Source: Sinorhizobium meliloti (GTDB lineage Bacteria > Pseudomonadota > Alphaproteobacteria > Rhizobiales > Rhizobiaceae). From it: DNA of 32,000 nucleotides. The notes under the pieces were generated by a model that was given only the letters and a program-made list of their open reading frames with translations, was not told the DNA's origin and searched no databases. The stretch lies in contig NZ_JAGIOS010000003.1 in assembly GCF_017876815.1 (NCBI RefSeq), positions 90,001-122,000 on the forward strand, written 5' to 3'. Made by a program: the position numbers and the translations under genes. This document shows positions 17,272 to 25,108 of the stretch, in pieces. How positions within the stretch are numbered: the first letter of the stretch is position 1; each line of letters starts with the position of its first letter.

Positions 17272-17496
17272 ATGCTCGGTTTTGAAGTTACCGGACCCTA
17301 TGTGGGCGCCATGCTGATGAGCCTGGCGGCCCTGTTCTTGTTCATCTGGGGCGTCCTGTCAGGCGCGTTGAGCGGCACCGACAAAGCCGCCAACGGGTTT
17401 TTTGAAAGGGAAATGGAAAATGAGCGATCTGCAGAGCAGCGATCCGGAGAGCCCGAGGCATCCGGAACTGGAGGTGCGTCAAAGCTCGCACCCTGA
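17272..17496 (+). CDS. Small single-TM protein, CcoS/FixS-like (alternatively CcoQ-like)
   Basis: ATG lies 3 nt after the ccoOP stop. One TM helix followed by FIWGVLSGALSGTDKAAN, resembling the CcoS pattern W-x3-SGQ-x-DD..A. Charged tail. The 3' 77 nt overlap the next ORF. Confidence 0.45.
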   Translation: MLGFEVTGPYVGAMLMSLAALFLFIWGVLSGALSGTDKAANGFFEREMENERSAEQRSGEPEASGTGGASKLAP

Positions 17497-17644
17497 ACTG
17501 GAGGACTATGCCGGCGGCCTGATACAGGCGCGTGTGGGGTTCATTCCGCTATGGCTTCTCGTCGTCTACATGCTGCTGTTCGGCTGGGGCCTGTATTACA
17601 TGTATGTCTATTGGGGCGGGCTCGGCCCCGGCCGTCTGTTCTAG
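17420..17644 (+). CDS. Small membrane protein resembling the detached N-terminal anchor domain of CcoP (FixP_N-like)
   Basis: ATG at 17420. The acidic N-terminus contains HPELE twice. EDYAGGLIQARVGFIPLWLLVVYMLLFGWGLYYMYVYW resembles the DGI..P.P.WW..F..T.....Y pattern of FixP N-terminal domains. No haem site. Confidence 0.45.
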   Translation: MSDLQSSDPESPRHPELEVRQSSHPELEDYAGGLIQARVGFIPLWLLVVYMLLFGWGLYYMYVYWGGLGPGRLF

Positions 17645-17677
17645 AAGACTGTCGCAAGGACCGTTAAGGCAGGAGTG

Positions 17678-17782
17678 ATGGAGATGTTGGTAGCCAAAAT
17701 TCTCCTTGGGGTCGCCGCATTGAACCTCCTTTTCCTGGCCTTCGAGGTGGCGATAAACGTGCTTCGTCTTTATTTCGGCTGA
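17678..17782 (+). CDS. Unannotated 34-aa single-TM mini-ORF
   Basis: AGGAG lies 2 nt before the ATG (an alternative ATG is two codons in). MEMLVAKILLGVAALNLLFLAFEVAINVLRLYFG. Below the ORF-track cutoff. Fits exactly into the gap in the operon. Confidence 0.3.
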   Translation: MEMLVAKILLGVAALNLLFLAFEVAINVLRLYFG

Positions 17783-17796
17783 CATAGGAGCAGCGG

Positions 17797-17919
17797 ATGC
17801 TACAGGACACCGTCTTCAAGCTCGCTGACGCCGGCTTGCCGCAGATGCTTGGGTTCCTCATCTATGGCGGCTGCACCGTCGGCTTTATCATCTATCTTTT
17901 CTATCTTGTGCGGCAATAG
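17797..17919 (+). CDS. Unannotated 40-aa single-TM mini-ORF (CcoQ/FixQ-like layout)
   Basis: TAGGAG lies 6 nt before the ATG. MLQDTVFKLADAGLPQMLGFLIYGGCTVGFIIYLFYLVRQ. A short polar N-terminus followed by one TM helix, as in FixQ. Confidence 0.35.
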   Translation: MLQDTVFKLADAGLPQMLGFLIYGGCTVGFIIYLFYLVRQ

Positions 17920-17938
17920 CGGCGCAGCGAAAACGCCA

Positions 17939-18667
17939 ATGTTCTACTACCTCGTGATCTTCGCCGCTGGATTTGCAGGCAGCTTTCATTGCATCGGCAT
18001 GTGCGGCGGCTTTGCCTGCGCGTTGGGCCGCGATCAGCGAGGCGGAGGCGCAACCCTCCTTCGCCACCTGCTCTATAATACCGGCCGATTGACAACCTAT
18101 TGCTTTCTGGGCGGGCTCGCCGGTGCGGTCGGTCAGGTCATCTGCACCACGCAAGGTGTAGCGGCGGCGCCGCTCTTTAACGGCTCCCTCGACATCGCCC
18201 AACGAATTCTCGCGATCGTCGCTGGCCTGCTCATGATTGCCATGGCGTTGCAGTTCTTCGGCTTGTTGCAGGTCTTTCATCGCCTTGCGATCGGATTTGG
18301 CGGCAGCACATTTGCTTTGTCCCTGCGCAGTCTGGTGACGGCCCGGAGTAGCGCCGCGCCGCTCGCCTTTGGCGTTTTCAACGGCTTCCTGCCATGTCCC
18401 CTGGTTTATGCCTTCGCCGCCCAGGCGGCGAGCACCGCCGGAGCGCTTCCCGGGTTCCTCGTCATGGCTTGGTTCGGATTGGGAACCTTCCCCGCGATGC
18501 TGATGATGGGCGGCGTTGGCCGGATACTCGGGCCAGCCGGGCGGCGGCGCGGCGTGCGGCTGGCTGGTGGCTTTATTCTTTTTCTCGGTCTCATCACGCT
18601 CGGCCGTGGTCTCCTGCCTTCTCACGCGCATATCGGCCTTGCCTGGCTGGGCGGACATTCCACATGA
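17939..18667 (+). CDS. DsbD_2 / TauE-SafE-like multi-pass membrane protein with paired-cysteine motifs
   Basis: Start set to ATG 17939 (MFYYLVIFAAGFAGSFHCIGMCGGF). HCxxMCGG motif in TM1 and FLPCPLVY in a later TM. About 6 TM helices. Its stop overlaps the ccoI start (ATGA). Confidence 0.75.
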   Translation: MFYYLVIFAAGFAGSFHCIGMCGGFACALGRDQRGGGATLLRHLLYNTGRLTTYCFLGGLAGAVGQVICTTQGVAAAPLFNGSLDIAQRILAIVAGLLMIAMALQFFGLLQVFHRLAIGFGGSTFALSLRSLVTARSSAAPLAFGVFNGFLPCPLVYAFAAQAASTAGALPGFLVMAWFGLGTFPAMLMMGGVGRILGPAGRRRGVRLAGGFILFLGLITLGRGLLPSHAHIGLAWLGGHST

Positions 18668-20877
18668 CTGCGCATGATCATATCCTCTGTAGCCATTGTT
18701 CGCTGCCCGTTGGCGTGCGCCCAATGGAGCGCAGGCTCGACGGTGAGGCTTGCACGTTCTGCTGCTACGGCTGTTGCATCGCCTTTCAGGTGAAGAGCGG
18801 CAGACACGAAGAATGGGAAGCCGCCTGGCTTCTGATCCAGCTTGGCGTGGGTGGCTTTCTCTCCATGAACATCATGATGTTCAGCCTCCTCCTCTATTCG
18901 GACGCATTCACCGGGGTCGATGCGGGCGTGCTGCCGTGGATTCACTTTTTGCTCTGGATCTTCGCGACGCCGGCGGTGGTGCTTCTCGGCGGACCCTATC
19001 TGCGCGAAATGTGGCTCAATGGCATGCAGGGACGAGTGACATCGTCGGCACTCATCGTGCTTGGCGTCGCTGCCGCTTACCTCTACTCGGCGTTTGCCGT
19101 GTTCGAGGGCAGCACGCATGTCTATTTCGACACCGCCGTGATGGTGCTGATGCTATTTACCGTTGGCCGCTATCTCGAGGCTGTTGGCCGCGCAAGGGCG
19201 GCGCGCGACCTCGAACCTCTTCTGGCCGCAGAAAGCGAGAGCGCGACCGTGGTCGATGGCGCGGCAGAGATCCGCGGTCCGGTGCGGGAGGTGTCGGCCG
19301 GCATGCTGGTGCGGGTTCGGCCAGGCGAGCGCATTCCGGTCGACGGCGTGGTTGTCGAGGGGGAATCGAACACCGATGAAGCCGTGATTACCGGAGAAAG
19401 CCGGCAAGTGACAAAGGGCGCCGGCTCCAAGGTGATTGCCGGCAGCATCAATATCGACGGCCCGCTTCTGATCCAAAGCAGCGCTGACGGAACCGCAACC
19501 CGCTGGGCGAGGATTTGCCGGTCGGTGCGCGAAGCGCTCGGCCGTCGCAGCCCAACCCAGCGCCTTGCCGATCGCGTCGTCGGCGTGTCCGTGCCGCTCG
19601 TCCTTGCCCTCGGCGGTCTGACGATCGTTTACTGGGCGCAGTCATTGCCGTTCGATCGGGCGTTGCTAATTGGCCTCTCGGTACTGGTGGTTGCCTGTCC
19701 TTGTGCCGTCGGCCTCGCTGCTCCGATGGCGACATCACTCGGCATCGGCCGGCTGGCGCGGCACGGCTGCCTCGTCCGCGATCCCGGCGTACTCGAGACC
19801 CTCGCACGTGTACGGTTACTCGCCTTCGACAAGACCGGCACTCTGACGGCGGGCAAAGCACGTCTAGTCGGCGTCTACGGCGAGGAGGTCGGCTTTGACC
19901 AAGTGCTGGCGCGCGCCGCCGGTCTGGAGCGCCTTTCCGAGCATGGTCTGGCGCAGGCCATCACGGCAGCCGCCGCTCAGCGGGACATCACGCCGCTCGT
20001 CACCAGCGATGTTCGGACGGTTCCCGGCCGTGGCATCCGCGGCAGCGCCGAAGGCCGGCCCGTGGCGGCAGGGAACGGCAGATTGATGAATGATCTGGGC
20101 TGGCCGCTTCCCCCGTCGCTGGCCGAGCGTGCGCGGTCGTTGGAGGCGAGCGGTCATTCGGTGGTCTATGTGGGTTGGGGCGAGCGGGTTCACGCCGTGC
20201 TGTCGCTCGACGACTCACCGCTTCCCGAGGCGCAGGCCGCGATCGCGGCGCTGCGCAAGCGCGGGCTCGACGCCACGCTGTTGACCGGCGACCTGGCGCA
20301 AGCGGCGGAGCGGATCGCGGCCTTGGTTGGGATCAAGGACGTCCAAGCCGGCCTTTCGCCGGAGGCCAAACGGCTGGCGCTGGATCGGCTCCGCCATGAC
20401 CACGTTTCGGTGGCGATGGTCGGCGATGGGCTGAATGACGGACCGGTCCTGGCCGCCGCAGATATCGGTATCGCCGTCGGCTCCGCCACAGATCTCGCCC
20501 GCGAGACTGCAGGGCTCGTGCTGCCTGCGGATGGATTTTGGATGCTGCCCTGGATCGTCGACGTGGCCCGCGCGGTCCGCAGGACCATCTTGGCCAACCT
20601 TATGTGGGCGTTCGGCTACAACCTCGTCGCGCTGACGTTCGCAGCATTCGGACTTCTGCAGCCAATCCTTGCGGCGGCGGTCATGGCCGGCTCGAGCATC
20701 CTCGTTGTGGTGAATTCGCTGCGGCTGGAGCGGCTGCCCGATCCTGTTCCAGCGCTCATGCCGGCGCAACGATCCGACATCAATGTGGAGCGCACACACA
20801 ACGTAAGCGGCATTTCCGCGATGGCCGGGCCGGCCGTCGGGCATGACCTTGCCACCCGTGGTCCGCTCGATCCTTAA
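18664..20877 (+). CDS. ccoI: Copper-translocating P1B-type ATPase, CcoI/FixI-like
   Basis: Start at ATG 18664 (MTAHDHILCSHCSLP..CTFCCYGCCIAF), giving the Cys-rich CcoI-type N-terminal metal-binding domain with no HMA domain. TGES, CPC in TM6, DKTGTLT, GDGLNDGP. N-x6-YN and M-x2-SS-x5-N form the Cu(I) signature. SEHGL replaces the usual SEHPL. Confidence 0.9.
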   Translation: MTAHDHILCSHCSLPVGVRPMERRLDGEACTFCCYGCCIAFQVKSGRHEEWEAAWLLIQLGVGGFLSMNIMMFSLLLYSDAFTGVDAGVLPWIHFLLWIFATPAVVLLGGPYLREMWLNGMQGRVTSSALIVLGVAAAYLYSAFAVFEGSTHVYFDTAVMVLMLFTVGRYLEAVGRARAARDLEPLLAAESESATVVDGAAEIRGPVREVSAGMLVRVRPGERIPVDGVVVEGESNTDEAVITGESRQVTKGAGSKVIAGSINIDGPLLIQSSADGTATRWARICRSVREALGRRSPTQRLADRVVGVSVPLVLALGGLTIVYWAQSLPFDRALLIGLSVLVVACPCAVGLAAPMATSLGIGRLARHGCLVRDPGVLETLARVRLLAFDKTGTLTAGKARLVGVYGEEVGFDQVLARAAGLERLSEHGLAQAITAAAAQRDITPLVTSDVRTVPGRGIRGSAEGRPVAAGNGRLMNDLGWPLPPSLAERARSLEASGHSVVYVGWGERVHAVLSLDDSPLPEAQAAIAALRKRGLDATLLTGDLAQAAERIAALVGIKDVQAGLSPEAKRLALDRLRHDHVSVAMVGDGLNDGPVLAAADIGIAVGSATDLARETAGLVLPADGFWMLPWIVDVARAVRRTILANLMWAFGYNLVALTFAAFGLLQPILAAAVMAGSSILVVVNSLRLERLPDPVPALMPAQRSDINVERTHNVSGISAMAGPAVGHDLATRGPLDP

Positions 20878-21099
20878 AGCCCACGACTTCTCATGCAAGA
20901 CGATCATACCTCTGTCACTCGTGGGGCTACGGACTGGGGGACAGCTTGTCAGTTCTGGCCAGGCGTACAACCGCAGGCGCGGCTCGCCGATGCATTCTCT
21001 ATGCAGGCACCGCAAGAGAGGCAGACGATAACCCGAGTAATGGATTGGATTGGCAAAATCCGCCGGTGAACATCGCCTGTCCAACTCACTTGCTCGCTG

Positions 21100-21400
21100 C
21101 CCGCGCCGACTGTCGTATGCGCGCTCTGGCAAACAAAGCGGCCTGAGCAATTGATTGCAAGGACGTGCGAACAGCACCGCCTTGGTGACGGTCAGCGCTC
21201 TCGTTGCGACCGGTTGTGTCGCGCAGCTACGAGCCACTTGAATCTCGGCATGGACAATGGACTGACGCTGGATCAGATCGCGGGTGCCATCTGAATGGCC
21301 CGCTTGGGGGCGAGATAGGACATGCCCAGAGTTGTCGCCGGACGGCAGCTTTCGGTGGGAAGCGGTCGTCGCCAAGCTGGTCCCCGAATGACGTATCTGG
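21100..21400 (+). pseudogene. Possible decayed carboxymuconolactone-decarboxylase (CMD/AhpD-like) family gene
   Basis: Pieces spread over three frames: LWQTKRP, then GLSN*LQGRANSTALVTVSALVATGCVAQLRAT*, then HLNLGMDNGLTLDQIAGAI*. Together they follow the CMD pattern W.RPGL..R..LVT.aAL.A.G...L..H...a...GlT..qI.e.I. Contains in-frame stops and frameshifts. Confidence 0.3.
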
Positions 21401-21493
21401 GCTGCATTCCGGACCGACAGATTCTTGCTCGGCGATGAGGTTCGCGACGTTCAACTGCGATCGGTGTGGTGAACTGACCGAAGCTGGAACTGA

Positions 21494-22442
21494 TTACCCC
21501 GCTACATTGTATATCGCGGCAAGGTCGCGTAAATCCCAGTTCCCGCCAGACAACACCGCACAGACTTTTTCATCCGGCTTGACGTCTATGATGCCCGCCA
21601 ACAGTGCTCCGACGCCAATCGAGGCGGCTGGTTCAGCGATCAATTTCGCATCCTTGGCAAGAGCACGCATCCCGGCGATGATGTGCTCGTCTTCAACAAG
21701 AACAATCTCGTCCACATACTTTTCGATAATCGGATACGGGTTTTGACCCGGAACGCTTATCCTCAAGCCATCCGCAATGGTGTTCTTCAAGGGAAGCGAT
21801 GTGCGCTCCTTGTTTATCCGGCTGTGAAAATACTTCGGTGTCAAGGCAGGCTCTGCCCCGATAACGCGCACCGATGTTTCGTTTCTTTTATGGCGGTAGC
21901 GATTCCTGAGATTAGGCCTCCGCCGCCTACGGGAACGATGATCGTATCTACATCGTCCAGGTCATGTAGTATTTCACACCCGTCGTTCCCTGACCGGCCA
22001 TCACGATGGGGTCCTCAAAAGCGTGAACCGCCGCGTATTCGTTTTCTTCAGCGATTTCATACACCCTTTTCCATCTGGCGGCGGTGTCACCATCGAAAAG
22101 AATGACTTCTGCCCCGAGGGCTTTTGTATTTTCGATCTTGATTTTGGGCGTGGTGACCGGAAGCACCAATATCGCTTTTACGCCCAGCATCCTGGCGGCA
22201 TAAGCAAGCCCTTGGGCATGATTGCCTGACGACGTCGCAATAATGCCGTTTGCGATCTCTTCTTTCGAGAGCGAGAGAGCCTTGTTCAGGGCGCCGCGAA
22301 TTTTGAATGCGCCAGTAATCTGCAGGGTTTCCGGTTTGAGATATAGCCGACAACCAGCGGCTTTCTCTATTTTTTCTGCCCGCAATAACGGCGTGTGTCT
22401 GATGTGCGGTTCCCGTGGAATCGAAAATCGTGATTTCGTCAT
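21494..22442 (-). pseudogene. Threonine/serine dehydratase family (PLP fold type II) gene disrupted by two frameshifts
   Basis: Frame A (22442-21948) carries [22 protein letters not shown] (PLP lysine), [13 protein letters not shown] and GQGTTG. The middle piece, [34 protein letters not shown], is readable only in another frame (about 21975-21870). Frame C (21871-21494) carries VIGAEPA, TIADGLRI, AEPAASIGVGALLAG and LSGGNWD. Confidence 0.75.
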
Positions 22443-23313
22443 CACTTTCTCGTCCCGGCTTCCTTCCCAACAAGACCTCGCCGATTTCGCCATGGATGTC
22501 GTCTTTAGCGATGATGTTTTTGTTCAGCGGGTGCCAGGTTTCGCCCTTTTCTGTGCATTGCGAGATCGAGTCGACGATGATTTTCGCGTTCCTGAAGAGC
22601 TCCGGATCCAGCTCCTGTTTGCCGCGTTGATCTGTGCCGACTGCAACGATGTGTGTTCCGGGCTTCACCAAATCCGCTTCCACAAGCTCCCCTTTTCCCC
22701 GGGTCGTCGTAATCAAGATATCGGCCTGCTCAACCGCTTCCTTCTTGGAACTTGCGACGATGACGGGAATGCCGAATTCGCGTTGGATGTCCGTCTTGTA
22801 TCTGGAAAGGCTTTCCGGGGTGCGGCTCCAGGCGTGAATCTTTTCGATCTTCATGATCTCGTTGACCGCACGGATTTGCATTCTCGCCTGATTACCTGTG
22901 CCGATCGATGCGACCGTCCTGGCGTTCTTTCTCGCCAGTGCTTTGACGGAGACGGCTCCAGACGCCCCCGTTCTGAGGCCAGTGATCAAGCTTCCATCCA
23001 TGATGCAAATCAACGCACAGCTCCTGGCATCAAACAGGAGAATGGTGCCTATGCTATTGGGCACGCCATGTTCTGCCGGGTTGTTGGTGAACCCTCCAGA
23101 GTGCGCTTTCATGGAGATGATTTCATTGGCTTTGTAATAGCCAAGCTTGAAGTCGATTTCTCCACGGAGAGAGGGGTGATGTATCCCGATATAGTCAGGT
23201 TGTTACACCTGATCGCTGCTGAAGGCCTTGTAAGCCTCTTCCACCGCGCCGATGACTTCCGCCATACCGATTAGCCGCCTTACTTCATCCTTCTTGAGCA
23301 GCAGCGTTTTCAT
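22371..23313 (-). pseudogene. Ornithine cyclodeaminase / mu-crystallin family gene with in-frame TAA and no proper 3' end
   Basis: The ATG at 23313 gives [36 protein letters not shown], then TAA at 23205-23203, then [38 protein letters not shown].. in the same frame (checked codon by codon). Rossmann [29 protein letters not shown] and [10 protein letters not shown] are present. The frame then runs about 300 nt into the dehydratase gene without a stop. The 3' coordinate is approximate. Confidence 0.75.
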
Positions 23314-23547
23314 GAATGACCTCTCTATTTTTGGATTCATGGGATGCATCGGCACAGCACGCCTGTACCGCAATCACCATAGTGGGCGAGCGGGGAGACT
23401 AGTGGCCGCATTCGCCGCGAGCTGAAGCAGATTGCTTTGTATCGCATAGGGGCTTTGGCAGAGAGTTGCGGCAGGCGTCTTTCCGAGCTTAGGCGAAAAT
23501 GTTGGAAGAGGCGCTTGCCGTCACTGGTCGCCATGCGAGGACCTCAT

Positions 23548-24873
23548 TTAAAAATCAGCGACTTTACCCCAGGCGGATTTTCCGAAGCGGTCCGGATGGT
23601 AAGGGTGGGGATCGACGATCGGCTCGCTGCCGGTCACGATATCTGCGATCAAGTGGCCGGCGCCCGGACCGATACCGAAGCCGTGCCCGCTGAAGCCGGC
23701 GGCGAGGATGAAACCCGGTATTGCAGCGATTTCGCCTATGCCCGGCACCCCGTCCGGCGTGCTATCGATATAGCCTGCCCAGGCGGCGGTGATCCTGGTG
23801 TTCTTCAGAGCAGGCAGTAGGTCGAGCGCGCGCGAATGGGTGAGGCGAATGGTGGCGTTATCGACTGCCGGATCAAGGATGCGCATGCGCTCCATCGGTG
23901 TGGGGGCGTCCAGTCGCCAGCGGACCAAGGTCTCATGGCCGGAGCGGAAGCCCTCAAGCCCGCCCGGTGCCAGGCTGCGCCACCGTTTGACGAACATCGG
24001 CAGAAACTGCGGCGCGAACCTGAGTTGCTGCGGGGTCGGGTCGATGCGGCCGCGGCCGCTGATGGCGAGCGAATAGCCCCCATCGCTGCGGCGCGTCACC
24101 GAAACCGCCGCCGTATGCAGCGCATCCGGAAGGCTGGTCACGCCCGGTGAGACGGCAAGGATCGACGAGCGGATGGCGGCTTGTGGAAAGCGGATGCCAA
24201 GCTGGCGGCAGAAGGAGGACGCCCACGCACCGCCGGCAAGGATCGCCGTCTTCGTGCGGATGGCGCCATGCTCGGTGACGACACCGGAGAGACGGCCCCC
24301 TTCGGTCTCAATGCCGCGAGCAGCGCAGGATTGGTGGATGGTGCCGCCGAGCTCGAGGATCGCACGAGCCACCGCGGGTGCTGCACTTGCCGGATCGGCA
24401 GTGCCGTCGGTCGGCGAAAAGACCCCGCCCTTCCATGGCTTGCCGGTTGCGCGGCCGCGCTCGGTCGCCTGTGCGCTGTCGAGCATATGGGTGGTTACGC
24501 CGACGGTTCGGGCGAAGTCGCGCCAGCGTGCCCAGCCGGCCAGCTCCTCTTCGCTATTGCTGAGGTAGAACAGCCCGCAGCGGCGAAAGCCGGTGTCTCC
24601 GCCGTTTTCAGCGGCGAAGCGCTCCCAAAGATCGAGGCTCTTCGTCGCCATCGGCAACTCGCGGGCGTCGCGGTTCTGCTGGCGGCACCAACCCCAGTTG
24701 CGGCTCGATTGCTCCGCGCCGATCCTTCCTTTTTCTACAAGTGCCACCTTCAATCCACGGCGGGCAAGGTAATAGGCCGAGAACACGCCGATGATGCCGC
24801 CGCCGATCACGACGGCATCCGCGGCATCGGGCAGCTCACATGTTGTGTGGACGAATTTCAGCGGTGCGGGCAT
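23548..24873 (-). CDS. FAD-dependent oxidoreductase (DAO / D-amino-acid or opine oxidase-like family)
   Basis: Start at ATG 24873, preceded by GGAGG at 7 nt. Dinucleotide fold DAVVIGGGIIGVFSAYYLARRGLKVALVEKG followed by SSRNWGW. 441 aa. Divergent from an Lrp regulator. Confidence 0.85.
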   Translation of the reverse strand: MPAPLKFVHTTCELPDAADAVVIGGGIIGVFSAYYLARRGLKVALVEKGRIGAEQSSRNWGWCRQQNRDARELPMATKSLDLWERFAAENGGDTGFRRCGLFYLSNSEEELAGWARWRDFARTVGVTTHMLDSAQATERGRATGKPWKGGVFSPTDGTADPASAAPAVARAILELGGTIHQSCAARGIETEGGRLSGVVTEHGAIRTKTAILAGGAWASSFCRQLGIRFPQAAIRSSILAVSPGVTSLPDALHTAAVSVTRRSDGGYSLAISGRGRIDPTPQQLRFAPQFLPMFVKRWRSLAPGGLEGFRSGHETLVRWRLDAPTPMERMRILDPAVDNATIRLTHSRALDLLPALKNTRITAAWAGYIDSTPDGVPGIGEIAAIPGFILAAGFSGHGFGIGPGAGHLIADIVTGSEPIVDPHPYHPDRFGKSAWGKVADF

Positions 24874-25054
24874 GGCGGGACCTCCGTTTCGGCGCAGTTT
24901 AGCGGCTTTGGCGCGGCGGCGTTGTCGGAGTACGGCCGGAGAGCAGCAGAAGATGCCGTCTTGCAGGAGCAATACCGCCCTTTTTGCTTCGGTTCACTAC
25001 TCCAAACCAAATCGACACGCCTGTCGCATGTGTTAAGGTTGTCGCTGGGAAAGT

Positions 25055-25073
25055 CGCAGCACAATCTGCTGCG
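25055..25073. promoter_or_regulatory. Inverted repeat CGCAGCA-N5-TGCTGCG upstream of the Lrp/AsnC gene
   Basis: Perfect 7-bp arms ending 35 nt before the lrp ATG, in the divergent intergenic region. Not similar to AT-rich Lrp consensus sites, so its function is uncertain. Confidence 0.2.
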
Positions 25074-25108
25074 CCGTTGACCCACTTCAGCAAGGGGAAA
25101 GACGCGCC

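Noticed and set aside
17888-18724. 278-aa minus-strand ORF, plus similar antisense or out-of-frame ORFs such as 15760..16470, 22222..23274, 24181..25080, 25616..26434, 28458..29144, 28912..29739 and 782..1303
   Set aside because: All lie opposite to, or out of frame with, genes that have strong motif support. Their translations are Arg/Gly/Ala/Pro-rich with no recognisable domains.
4075-20877. Calling the island a mobile element (ICE, transposon or IS-flanked unit)
   Set aside because: No transposase, integrase, tRNA attachment site or terminal inverted or direct repeats were seen at either border. Only indirect signs exist (decayed flanking genes, relics), so no mobile_element feature is reported.
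20215-21375. 386-aa minus-strand ORF
   Set aside because: Its 3' part is antisense to ccoI, and the remainder has no start context and no recognisable protein features. Treated as a GC-driven spurious ORF.
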